From: Macrostomum lignano
Taxonomy: Eukaryota
Direction of reading: 5' to 3'
NCBI GenBank assembly: GCA_002269645.1
Contig: NIVC01000353.1
Coordinates: forward strand, 558,001-622,000
DNA: 64,000 bases
Below are positions 22,501 through 35,410 of this stretch, in pieces. The notes under the pieces are model-generated. The model was not told where the DNA came from and did no database searches. It saw only the letters and a list, made by a program, of their open reading frames with translations. Numbering within the stretch: position 1 is the first letter of the stretch; each line of letters begins with the position of its first letter. The position numbers and the translations under genes were made by a program.

Positions 22501-25500
22501 GATTCACTCGTACCAAACTTTGATGGATCTTGGATGCCTGTCCGGAGTTGAGTCGCTGTCAAATGCAGGTGAACTGTTTGCAGAACTCGGGCTCGATCCA
22601 CGTTTGAGTGCTTTCATAGTCAGGGCTCATGAGCACTTCGGTCAGTTAGAATTGGCGGTTACGGTTGCCTGCATCCTGACAGCCCCTGGCAGTATATTCT
22701 TCCTTGGACGCGACAAGGAGAAGAAAGAGGGACTGCAGAAAAGAGCATTAGAAGCATTTTCTCACGAAAGCGACATTCTCTACGAAGTCAGTGTCTTTGA
22801 TTCGTGGTCTAACGCCGGAAAATTGATTAATGGGAAGTGCAAAAACTGCGGAAAAGTGGCTAGAAATTTTCAGAACAGCTGTAGATCATGCCGGGTTGGA
22901 CACAGCAACTCAAACAGGCTCAATAACAAGGTCATGGAGCACATAGAGAAGACGCGAACCTCTTTTTTGAAGACTATAAAGAAAAGCAAATGGTTCTTAG
23001 AGCTTCAAAAGGTTGAGAGCAGCTGTGAAGACACAATCCAAGTTGTTGGAAGCTGTCTCGAGCAAGTGATTCCAGAACAGGTGACATGTCTGTTGGTAAA
23101 GCGTCTGCCGTCAGAGGGCATAAAGATTGTTGACTCAAATATCCGAGCTAGAATTTCGAACACATCGGTGTTTGCACAACGCCCCAGGACTGTGAGTACT
23201 TCGTTGCAGTACGAGTTAGGCAGATGGTGTCCGGTATGTACATCGTGGATGGGTTGCACCCACTCAAAGATCCAACGACTGTGTCTGATAGAAGGTCGCA
23301 TCCTTTAGAAAAGATATTTACGGAGGCCAATGCGAGCTCGAACTTGTTAAAGGCAGTCAATTCGAAAATCAAGGATGAATCGTCACAGATCTCGGAAGAA
23401 CAACGAAGGTGGATTGTACTGTCGCACAATGCGGATGAAGCAAGCATCGATGTCTACGCAAGAGCTTCGGAAAGTTCCGAACTTCGTTCCAAGCTGAAGT
23501 CTTTAATTGACAAATCAAAACTGACGTATTTACAAGAACAGCATATGCTTGAAACGAAGGGTTTCAGAGCAACATTTCAAGGTGGCCTTCAAGTAAAAGA
23601 GGTGCATATTTGTACTTTGAATCGTACTGATAGCGAAGTGTCATCATCGAATAACGAAGGTGCCACAGACTCAGCTGAAAGTGACAACGGACTGGCTCAA
23701 CTTCTGGTATCCGCTCCCTGCGGCTTTGAAGAGGAAACTATTCGAGCACACAGTGACTCGACTGCAAAGATCCATCACACTAATCAGCGCAGACGGCGTC
23801 AGGAAAAGTTTAAAGTCTTCATTTCGAATATGCCAGCAAACTGGAAAGAATCTGATGTGCAAGATCTCATTAGGAAATCAGAATGTTTGAACGCTGTAGT
23901 CCCGATTCGCATTTTCCCACCTGCTCAGCCGGGAATCGGGACTTCGAGAGCGCTTTTAACACTAAACAGTGAAACAGAGCGCGACAGTCTGATTAAATCT
24001 TTGAGCACAGTTTTGTGCAACATCGGACCGTTTCCTATTAGTCTCATTAGTAAGAAAAACGGCGAAACCTTCGTTAAACAGGTTTCACCTGAAATAAAGC
24101 CTTGCGAAGATAAAACTCCATCTATTCCAGAACTATTTTTTGTTAAGTTTAACGAATCAAAGCATGCAGTCGAATTTTACAACAAGATCCGTGCAGGTTC
24201 AATTGTTGGATGCTCTGCGGAATGGACTGAATCTGTTTTCATCAGCCATCCTGACCTTTTTCCGGACCTAAACAGCCTCATTGAGCAGTCTGGTGATCCC
24301 ACTGTAAAGAGTACGAGCGTTCCGAAGCCTGACAAAACGTTAGAAATCCGACTGTCCGGTCCGCAGCATGACAAGATAAAATTGGTAGCGAACAAGCTCC
24401 GAAGTCTGTTCTCCCCAATAACTATTCGGCACGTATCCAACAAAGAGAAAACACTTTTCTACGAAATCAAGAAGACTGGTCTGTTCGATGCCTGGGCCAA
24501 GGAACTCAATTTGGTGTGCGAATTCCGAGACGACTGGAACTTCCGGGTATTTGGCTCAAAAGTAAGCCAAGGCTCTCTCATGCGAAAAATCGCTGACGAG
24601 TTCACGAAACTCGAGAGCCGCTATCGCCTGATACCCCTGAATGCTGCAACTACCCAGCTGTTCCGAAATGGACTCGCCGGAGACTCAAAATTAAAGGCGC
24701 TGCAACGGAAATGGGACCAACGTTGCTTCATCAAGTTTCTGTTCCACACCTCGGAGATTGAGCTATTTGCTAGAAAAGATTCTTCGGTTCTTTCAGATTG
24801 CGAAAAAGAGGTGAACGATCTCGTTGCTGAACTCGGAAGCAAAAATATACTTGGCCAAAAGACGTGCGTTGTCTGCAGATCTAAGTCAGCAGTCGAAAAT
24901 TTCTTCATATGCGGACACCCGTACTGCAAGTGCATTGACAACTGGCTACAAAGCGTCTCTGCAGCCTCAATCTGTTGTCCGAAATGCCAGACACCAATTA
25001 CGATAAGAGAAATTCGCAAACTCACCGGCGACAACTTTGAAAAGCTTGCAGTACGTCAAGTTGCTCATTATGTGGCTCAGGATCCTTCAATGAAAATTGC
25101 TAGATGCATCATTAAAGACTGCAATGGATTCGTTAATAAAGGCTCGTACAAAAGTTGCGCTTGCTGTAAACACTGGGTGTGTGTTGACTGCAAGGTTGCA
25201 GACGATGTAATGCATAGAGGTTTGAGCTGCTCAGAGTTCAAAAAAGCATCTACAGATAAGGAACCAGTTTCTCGGCTGATTAAAGCAGCAGAAGTCTATG
25301 TCAGACAGAACTGGCCTGCCGACATGCCACCGATCCGTGCGATCGACGTCAACCCTGGACTGCTTAGCAATCCTCCAAGTCCCGCGTACAAAACTTTTCA
25401 CCGCGGCTTGTTGTCACTGAATCGGGGCATATTGCACGAGTCCGACGGTATCTTCGCCTTTCACGGAAGCAGCAGTGAGGCACTGAGACAAATCTGCCAC

Positions 25501-26304
25501 TCGGGATTCGATCCTAAAAGGAGGTCGGGCCAAGCTTACGGCCCGGGAGAGTATTTCGGACTGACTCCCAGCATCTCTAGAGGTTACTCGAGAAACTGCG
25601 GCGCGATGATCGTCGCTTTTCTCTTGAACGGAGGTCCGATTACACACAGACCAGGCTTTTGCTATGTGGTTAAAAACCCAACAGACGGTTCAATGTCTTT
25701 TAACTTGCCCGTCTTAGTGGTGTACTTTGACTCATCAACTCCTCGATTGGACTTCATTAAGCCAGTAGCCAACCAGTCTCAAATATCCGAACCATTTGAA
25801 AACGACAACTGGCGATCTCCGTTTCGGTGGCACTGGCAGAAAGATGGCGGCAGATTTGAACCCTACACGGATGAATTTAATCGCTTGCTTGAATCGCAAT
25901 ACGATGCGTACAGAATGCACAGCGGACCGGCGCAGTTCACCACACCGCCAATTAGGCGTTACATAGACGACACTCCGCAACCGTACACTGTGAACTTCTC
26001 GGCTAACACACAGAGGAACGTGAAAACTGGTTACGTTCGATCTATCCAACGCCAACAAGTGGACATCAACGTCAGCGTCAGCACTACTTGGCAGTACCAA
26101 AACGAGAACGGCATCTGGCAGCCATTTGAAAGCTTAGTACAGCGTCAAATTCAGCAGGCATATGTAGCCTACACGAGTGGCTCTGGCAGCTGCAAAGCGA
26201 GAGTCCAGTTTCCAGGGCGGCCAGAAACCTACGAGCTGGACTTCCTTCAAGGCCAGCAGACCAACTTGCAGAGCGGAACAAAGCGTCCCATTAGAAAAAA
26301 CTGA
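19517..26304 (+). CDS. Multidomain RRM-CCCH-DEAH helicase-RING/IBR-PARP-WWE protein, copy 2 (2,262 aa after repairing one 1-bp deletion)
   Basis: ORFs 19517-23308 and 23224-26304. The frameshift is at C-run 23182-23185 (4 C versus 5 C at 8191-8195 in copy 1). Walker A at 21419, DEAH at 21698, RING at 24865, PARP His at 25462. Length 6788+1 is divisible by 3. Confidence 0.92.
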
Positions 26305-27592
26305 CGTTTAATCGTTGAGACTGTAATTTTTGTGAGTGGTCAGTTGATTTTAATCGATTTTAATCGCAATCAACGGTGGTGGAGGCGGCACATTTCTCTT
26401 TTGTCTGGTTTTGCTGCACGTGAGTTATACTTAATTATTTATTCAATAATTTTTAAGACTGATTATTTATATGATATGGCAGTTTACCTTTTTTCCCATT
26501 TTTTAGCAAAACGAGATACCCAATTTATAGACATCTCAATATTATATTATTCTACCTTAGAATTTAGAACTTAGGTATTTCAGAACACCATTTAAGTTTC
26601 CATTTAAATGTTGCATTAAAAGTCTAATTTGAGTTGGAATTTTGCCAATTTAGCTATAGTCAATCGAGTTTGAGAAACAATACACTGTCTAAATTATTGT
26701 ACTGCCGGAGGTGAATAGGATGTTGGCTTGTCGAAATAAGTCTGGAAAGGTGTAATAATATGTAAACAACAGCTCCGCTGTATGATTTTCACGTACAATA
26801 CGAAATACGATATAGATACTTGTAAAATAGTCTGAAAAGTTTTGACGAGCCTCTGGTGCTGCTGAATTCGATTTTTTTTAAATAGCAAAAGTAGATTGAA
26901 TTAACGAATAGTGGAGGTGTCTATAATTGGTGTCATACGCTCGAATTGCTACGCAAAAAAACTAAAAAAACTAACAATTTAAATAAGACAAAATCTTTTT
27001 TCACGCGACTTTATTCTTTCCCTTCTATTTAAACTTTATTTACCTAACCAGAGCTGGTATCGTTATTCGTAATTTATTTTAATTAGTTCGATAAGCTAAC
27101 CAAGTTTTTTCTTTGCGGTAGTCCTACTATTGATATTAGTTTAGAATTTTCGTAGTAGTACTAATACATAAAACCGATTATTATTTCATTGAATTCAACG
27201 TTTCTAGTGAAGTTCCGATTCAAAGAAAGAAAAATCATCCTTCTAATGTAACATGTAATTAGTAATGTTTTCAATTTTAAAAAACCTATAGCTACTCCAT
27301 TAACTATTTATATCGATCTATTTTCTACTATATTTAATCTGACTAATAAATACATGAATTCAAAATCAGTTACTAAATATACTATTTATAAATTTTGGCC
27401 TCTTAGCCTTGGTTTTAGTTTTCAAATCTGAAAAATGATTTTTTGCAATTTTCTTGATGTTTGAGATTGGTGTCAAATAAATGGGCGCTGCCGGTATCAA
27501 AATTTTCGGGCTTTAAAAAACCGAAAAAATGATTTTTCAAAAGGAGCTGTCGTCTTTCGGCTTTATCCAGCAGCAGCGACCATATAGATCGG

Positions 27593-28410
27593 GTCTAGGT
27601 CGTGTCTGCATGGAGGTCGTGTCTAGGTCGTGTCTGCATGGAGGTCGTGTCTAGGTCGTGTCTGCATGGAGGTCGTGTCTAGGTCGTGTCTGCATGGAGG
27701 TCGTGTCTAGGTCGTGTCTGCATGGAGGTCGTGTCTAGGTCGTGTCTGCATGGAGGTCGTGTCTAGGTCGTGTCTGCATGGAGGTCGTGTCTAGGTCGTG
27801 TCTGCATGGAGGTCGTGTCTAGGTCGTGTCTGCATGGAGGTCGTGTCTAGGTCGTGTCTGCATGGAGGTCGTGTCTAGGTCGTGTCTGCATGGAGGTCGT
27901 GTCTAGGTCGTGTCTGCATTGAGGTCGTGTCTAGGTCGTGTCTGCATGGAGGTCGTGTCTAGGTCGTGTCTGCATGGAGGTCGTGTCTAGGTCGTGTCTG
28001 CATGGAGGTCGTGTCTAGGTCGTGTCTGCATGGAGGTCGTGTCTAGGTCGTGTCTGCATTGAGGTCGTGTCTAGGTCGTGTCTGCATGGAGGTCGTGTCT
28101 AGGTCGTGTCTGCATGGAGGTCGTGTCTAGGTCGTGTCTGCATGGAGGTCGTGTCTAGGTCGTGTCTGCATTGAGGTCGTGTCTAGGTCGTGTCTGCATG
28201 GAGGTCGTGTCTAGGTCGTGTCTGCATGGAGGTCGTGTCTAGGTCGTGTCTGCATTGAGGTCGTGTCTAGGTCGTGTCTGCATGGAGGTCGTGTCTAGGT
28301 CGTGTCTGCATTGAGGTCGTGTCTAGGTCGTGTCTGCATGGAGGTCGTGTCTAGGTCGTGTCTGCATTGAGGTCGTGTCTAGGTCGTGTCTGCATTGAGG
28401 TCGTGTCTAG
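27593..28410. repeat. 28-bp minisatellite, ~29 copies (paralog of 12556-13279)
   Basis: Same unit as in duplication unit 1. Confidence 0.95.
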
Positions 28411-28746
28411 TTCGCTGCTGCACTATAAAAACTGCGCGTCATCTGTAGCTACATGGTTGCTACAAGAGAATTAAGTTGTTTTGGTTAATAGCGCTCTGAA
28501 GCGAGTATACTTTTTGTCTTAAAATATGCATGTAGATTGGTGGTCTTACTAGCAGCGTACAGAGCTGTCAATGTACTCGGCAGATTGGAAAGGTAACGAA
28601 GGAAAAAAACAACTACAACGATGTAATAACTCTCCCTAAAACGGAGTACTTCCAGGATTAAAAGAAAGAATCAACAGGAAGGAAATGTTGCACCACGTAC
28701 ATGGGTAACAGCAGTATCATGGTGTTGCTTTTCTAGAATCTAATTG

Positions 28747-29458
28747 TCAGCGGACGACTGCAGATGATGTAAAGTATTGTATAGACGTCTGGGAGGCAAA
28801 TCTAACAGGGCGAGAACTTCTTAAACGAGTACTAGCGGCTGGAGAATCATTAGACGGAATAGTAGGCTCTGGGAAGGGTCTCCGGTGGCGGCGGCGGTAG
28901 CGTAGCGATCCAACCGTAGCCACACGTGTGTGCAGGAGTCCATGCAGCGCGGTCGGCATGTTGGTGGGGACTGGACGAGTTCGCGGTAGGCGGTAGGGGA
29001 AAAACAGTTGATGGAGCTGAGTTGATAGCTCGGTCAGAGTCGAAGTGTCGGCTACTACTTGCGGAACCATGAGTTGCTCTCCAGTAACAAGTGAGAAAGG
29101 CGATGATCCCTTTTCGTCCGCGAAGATACGCATTCCAAGGGGTACAAGTATGAGAGGCAGTTGGCTCAACCAGCATTTTCCGCGCGCGCTTTTAGGCCCA
29201 TCTTCAACGTTCTATGAACGCGTTCGACGATGCCGTTGGCTCGCGGGTTATATGCCGAAGTTTGGATATGGTGAATTACCAGGTGCTGCGCCAGGGTTTG
29301 CATGAGCTCGGCTCGGAACTGCGTACCTTTGATCGTTAGTTAATGTGAGCGGTGGTCCGAAGCGGGCAATCCAGGATGCGAGGAAAATCCTAGCCGCGGT
29401 GTCCATGACGGGAGTGGCCTCGATCCAGCGGGTGTAAGAATCCATCATAGTCAGCAGG
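28747..29458 (-). mobile_element. Degenerate Ty3/Gypsy integrase remnant
   Basis: LLTMMDSYTRWIEATPV...FLASWIARFGPPLTLTNDQ and SQLPLIL..GMRI...SPFSLVTGEQLMVP lie in shifted frames and match the Gypsy integrase core and its downstream region. Confidence 0.8.
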
Positions 29459-30344
29459 TGTTGTGTACTGCCTTATCTCTTTCCTTGCTCTCGCCTTAGC
29501 CTTCTTCCACGTGCGCCGGCATCGCGCGTTTACGCCCTGGCACTGTTATGCAACAGTGGCACGCTGTGCTCATTGTATACTAGATCAGTATATATATGCT
29601 CAAATATATACGGCCATGAGCTAGAGTTTAACTTCTGTACTTACAACGGTCCGACTAACTGTAACTGGTGGAGCGGCCGGTGAAGATGCTTGTTAACTTT
29701 GCATTGCTGGCAGCGCTCGCATTCAGTGAGTGACCCACTTCTTGACGTCGGCGAATATGCTAGACCAGAAAAAGCGGTATCTGACAAGCCGCTGTGTCGC
29801 CTTTAACTCCCGGGTGTGCCAAAAAAGCTATCTTTGGAAGAACACCTTCCGACGAAGCGGTCCTGGTACTTCAGGGCGTGGGTTGGCTTGTGAAATCTCG
29901 CAGCACATCTCTACGAGCTCGTACATTGACGCACTGGCCCAGACAATGTTCTTGGAGCGCATAAAATCATCACAGATTGGATAAGAAAATATTTTGTTAT
30001 AGATACGGTCTAAAAGACACAAGTTAGAGTGCCGAGGCAATATTTTCGCGTGCAAGCTTAAGATTTGCTTTATTATTATTTAAAATAAAAAATTTCTTTT
30101 CGAAACAGTTCTGAACGTAAAACGAGTCCTCACATAAGTTATTAAAGCACTGCTCCTAAAGCACCGAGTCGCTACTGCGCAGGAGGCCATTCTATAAATC
30201 AGTTCAGCATCACTGGCACTGGTGGTGCAGCTAGTAGTACCTGTGGATCTAGCATTAGTGTACTCAGCGGTCGGTGGACTCGGAAAAGGTAGCAGTAGAG
30301 TACTCAGCAGTCACGGTGGACTCATACCATATGAATGATCAATG

Positions 30345-30835
<491 letters not shown>

Positions 30836-31506
30836 TTGAAGCTTCAAAAATAGAAAAGAGACTTTCATTATTATTGTTTAAAAGGCAGTCCATTCAGTAC
30901 GACATCATATTTATTCAGGTATATATATTTATACGCAAATAAGCTTAAATGAATCGCTTCACTTCAGGAGTCCCGCTCCAAATCACAAAATTAAGGAATG
31001 ATTTTGACAAACGGTTTACTATCACCATGGCAGGTGTTGCAACGCTACCGCTTAATACAATAGAAAATACCATAGAGTACATTTAAAACAAAAATACAGC
31101 TTTTAAAAGTACAACTAAGCATGAATTTTTGTGTAGTAATTTAATATTCCAAATCTACATTAGTTAAGCCTAAATCCGAACATTAACATTACATATAATA
31201 TAATATATAATGATACGGACAGGAATTGTGTCAAATTTGACAAATAATATTTAGCAACTTGCAATGATCGACACTGAAAGAGAGTAAAAAGAGATATTGT
31301 CTATTCCCAGAGAATACTTGATAGCTATGAATCGAAACTTTTTGATACACACGAAAGTTGTCACAGAAGATGCATTTTCCCTTCCTCAATGACTCGCTTT
31401 GTTATCTGGAAGTTCAATAGCTAAGAAACAGGCAATTCTGTGTTCACCCAATGCGACCGATCATTGTCTTAAAATGAGATTTAGTGCTTGAAAACTATGT
31501 GAACTC

Positions 31507-33246
31507 TTAGCACTCAACGCCGAACTTGTCAAAGTTGCGCAGAATAACGCTGAGCTCCAGGTGCACCTTGCCGCCGGCGGTCGAGTGCACATTGCGTCGG
31601 TCGTGCAACTCGTAGACGAGGTCGGGTCGTTTCAATTGGATTCCGCCGCCGACAAACTTTGCGCTTACCTCATCCATGAATGAGCCGGTTGGGCGCCAAG
31701 TGACGCAGTCGATTTTGTGCAGGCCGGGCTGCGACGGCACGTGAGCGAAGCCGTAGCCGACCAATGAGCTGCGCCCGGCCCAGTCGTAGTGGAACACCTG
31801 CGATTTTTAAAAATAGATATCGTGTCCGTTCTGTATAAGACGTTTAAATGATATGGCATGTATGGCTAAAGCCCCTTGGTGCTGGCGCCCCTGGTGCTGG
31901 CGCCCCTGGTGCTGGCGCCCCTGGTGCTGGCGCCCCTGGTGCTGGCGCCCCTGGTGCTGGCGCCCCTGGTGCTAAAGCCTCTGTTGCTAAAAGCCCCTGG
32001 TGCTAAAAGACCCTGGTGCTAAAGTCCTAAAGTCCTGATAAAAAGCCTCTGTTGCTAAAAGCCCCTGGTGCTAAAAGACCCTGGTGCTAAAGTCCCTGGT
32101 CCCCTCAAGCAGCACAATTCTGCCCATTCCGAAGACTCGCCGTGAGCTACATGTAGTACAGTAGTATTCGAATACATCATCATGCACACACGTGGAGGCA
32201 CGCACTCACACACAGGATGTACAGCGGTCCTGGCTTTTTAATTGTCAGGCATTACACAGTCTCTCTAATTGTCAGGCATTACACAGTCTCTCTAATTGTC
32301 AGGCATTACACAGTCTCTCTAATTGTCAGGCATTACACAGTCTCTCTAATTGTCAGGCATTACACAGTCTCTCTAATTGTCAGGCATGTACACAGTCTCT
32401 CTAATTGTCAGGCATGTACACAGTCTCTCTAATTGTCAGGCATGTACACAGTCTCTCTAATTGTCAGGCATTACACAGTCTCTCTAATTGTCAGGCATTA
32501 CACAGTCTCTCTAATTGTCAGGCATTACACAGTCTCTCTAATTGTCAGGCATTACACAGTCTCTCTAATTGTCAGGCATTACACAGTCTCTCTAATTGTC
32601 AGGCATTACACAGTCTCTCTAATTGTCAGGCATGTACACAGTCTCTCTAAATGTCAGGCATTACACAGTGTCTCTAATTGTCAGGCATTACACAGTCTCT
32701 CTAATTGTCAGGCATTACACAGTCTCTCTAATTGTCAGGCATTACACAGTCTCTCTAATTGTCAGGCATTACACAGTCTCTCTAATTGTCAGGCATTACA
32801 CAGTGTCTCTAATTGTCAGGCATTACACAGTCTCTCTAATTGTCAGGCATTACACAGTCTCTCTAATTGTCAGGCATTACACGCTGAGGAAAATTTGAAT
32901 AAAATATCTGATTTAGCCGCTTGCTCTGAGCTGCTATAGGGGGTTTTGAGTTGCGGCCCTCACAGTGTCAGTGAAAGAGAAAGAGAAACATTGAAAGAGA
33001 AATTCTTGCCTCAAAATGCAGCTTAGGCCAGCCCTGCAGTCCGCGAGTAGCGAAATGCAAATCGATGGGATGAGCGAAGTAGGCCATTTCGCCCGAGGCT
33101 GGGCAGTCCACCTGAGTCTGGCCGCTCACTTCGCCCTCAAGACGTTTCCATGCGGGACCGAAGTGGGCCTCCCACTTGCAGAAGAGATCATTTTCCGGGA
33201 ACTCGCTGGCACCGACAATCTGCCCGATCACGTGAACTTCCGCCAT
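31507..33246 (-). CDS. B9D2: B9 domain-containing protein 2 (MKS transition-zone component); exons 33246-33010 and 31797-31507
   Basis: [16 protein letters not shown]...[21 protein letters not shown] joined to [25 protein letters not shown]...[12 protein letters not shown] gives 175 aa, matching the known B9D2 sequence end to end. Phase-0 intron with donor GAG|GCAAGA and acceptor CGCAG|. Confidence 0.95.
31870..32100. repeat. 15-bp minisatellite (GGTGCTGGCGCCCCT) and variants in the B9D2 intron
   Basis: Read directly. Confidence 0.9.
32236..32882. repeat. 27-bp minisatellite (CTAATTGTCAGGCATTACACAGTCTCT) in the B9D2 intron
   Basis: Period 27 read directly. Confidence 0.95.
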
Positions 33247-33742
33247 GGACTATCGAATACTGCATCAAAAGGAAAATAAAAATCCTAATAGAGAAAATAA
33301 TTTCCTCTTATTGTATCAAGTAATAAAACAACTAAATACAATAAAAATATTAGGTTAAAACATGCTTTAGATGGTATAATAGTATGTATTTTAGTGTTAA
33401 AGAAAACTTTAAAAACTTAAGCTTGTGCTTGATTGCTTGAAGTGAGATAAAATTATTATATCTTTTAATGAGAAAGTGTTAATCTACTGCTAAAACCTTA
33501 GTAATTAAAGTAAGTTTGTTCTAGTAACCAAAAATTTTAGTCAAATAATGTTAACATTAACATATTAACATTTTTGCAGCAAATAAATCCAAAAAATGTA
33601 TCTATTTTTTTGCAAGAAAGTAAAATAAAGTTCTAAATAAGTAAGCTGCATTTCATTAAAAATTTTCATAAAAAAACTTAAAAAGTAATAAAAGCTGTCG
33701 GAATATAAATAAAAATAAATTATAAGCCTGCATATTCCTGGT

Positions 33743-34162
33743 GGTGTAGGACCAAGACTGCCACACACCAAGACCACCACACTTGGGGGAGATAGGAGGG
33801 AGGAATTTGGCTCGCCATGTTATTGGATAGGGCTGAGGAGGGGTGAGATGGGGAGAGCCAGCAAGACAAGGCCACGAGAGAGGAACTGGTAAGCAGGCTA
33901 GCCTGGCTAGGTAGGTGAGTGAGCCAGGCTCCTTGTTTTTTTCATTTAATTTGAATTGTTAAAATTGCCCTGGTTGACTTGCAATCATTTTGGGCCACTT
34001 ATTCATCTTATTAGTGACCAATCTTAGGACACTTCCTCCTCATCTAACTCCACAACCCATCATAACCAATAGCAATGCTGGAAGATTGGTAGCTTCCCCT
34101 CAATTCCAATAGTCAGTAAGAGCTGTGGCGGTCTTGGTATGTGGCGGTCTTGGTCATGCGCC
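33743..34162. mobile_element. MITE with GG termini and 8-bp TSD (Merlin-like)
   Basis: Left GGTGTAGGACCAAGACTGCCACACACCAAGACCACCAC versus the reverse-complemented right end GGCGCATGACCAAGACCGCCACATACCAAGACCGCCAC. TSD TTCCTGGT at 33735-33742 and 34163-34170. The superfamily assignment is inferred. Confidence 0.75.
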
Positions 34163-34961
34163 TTCCTGGTTATTTGATTTTATATTAGTTAATTAAGCTT
34201 GTGTAAGCTTCTAATTGGTCTTTAATGTCACTTTCTATCCACAAGCACAAATACTTCCTTGACCAATTATGACAATGCTATGCTACCAGTAAGTTATATT
34301 TGCAAAAAACTAAAATATTTATTATTGATTGGTAGAGAAAGCAGAATATTTTCTAAAAATATCTTTCAATCAAACCGTTTCCTGTGCAATACCATACACC
34401 TATATGATATTGGATACATAAATTTAAAATAACATTCATTTACAAGGCGTAAAAGAGCTATTATAAAATGCTGATGAATTTTGATATATGTAAAGGGTGC
34501 GCCATGTAAAGTACGTGTTTAGCAATTTACAGTATATATCGAATAAACGGAAAGCACTGAAGACGTTTATAGACTATGGATATTCGATTGAAACTTATAA
34601 AAACGCTTTCCTCTACGTTCAGTTCGACGCGAGTTATGATAAAGCACGTCCTTTTCGATGCGGTGAGGCAAAGCTGAAAAAATGCTAATTTTTCGACCTC
34701 AATGAAAATTCATGGGCGGAATGCAATTTCAAATTAATTTGTTGCGACTGAACACAATATAAAACAAACATTCATTCATCTATACATGTTGACTTATAAG
34801 TTTTTTAAGGGTTTTAATTGCTGTTTATTTTTTAAACTTATAAAAATAAAATAATATCATAAAAAGAATTATTTTTTTAACAAATCGGTAATACAAATTA
34901 ATTCGTTTACCAAATTTATAATGCTGCTGTCATTGTTTAGCAATTTGACGATCATTTTTCT

Positions 34962-35410
34962 AGTTCTAAAAAAACTAGCGGAAATTCAATCCAGACAATT
35001 CAGACTGGGGACAATTTTGTCTATGGCTAAACCTTGGTTCGATGGCAGAATGTCTTGAACTGGGGTTTGCATGTTTTTATTGATTTTCCGTAAGCGTTGC
35101 CCCATTGTCGGCTGATTTTCCATGCAAGAATGGGATTCTTGCACTCTTTTGCGTGCAGGAATGGATGTCTATGGTAAAATCTCACTGAAAAAGCATTAGG
35201 CGCAGAAATGCATTCCTGCACGGTTTTGTGCATTCCTGCACGATGAATCATCCGACAATGGAATTCCTTCACGTTCACTCGTGCGTGAAGGACATCGTGC
35301 ACTCGTGCGCTAGCGCGCACTCGTGCAGATGTCATTCCCGCACTCGTGACCGTGCAGGAATATATCAGTCTGAATTGTCTGAATTGAATTTCCGCTAGAT
35401 TTTTAGAACT
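34962..35410. mobile_element. TIR element (MITE-like), ~45-bp inverted ends
   Basis: AGTTCTAAAAAAACTAGCGGAAATTCAATCCAGACAATTCAGACTG (34962-35007) matches the reverse complement of 35366-35410. No TSD found. Confidence 0.65.

Larger units (their letters stand above)
15100..28898 (+). repeat. Segmental duplication unit 2
   Basis: Paralog of ~3100-13768. It additionally carries the Penelope element, the foldback and the SINE-like insertion upstream of the gene. Confidence 0.85.

Noticed and set aside
4542-26304. Assigning a gene symbol such as DHX8, ZC3HAV1 or PARP12
   Set aside because: Only individual domains resemble these genes. The overall architecture matches none of them, and orthology cannot be shown from the sequence alone.
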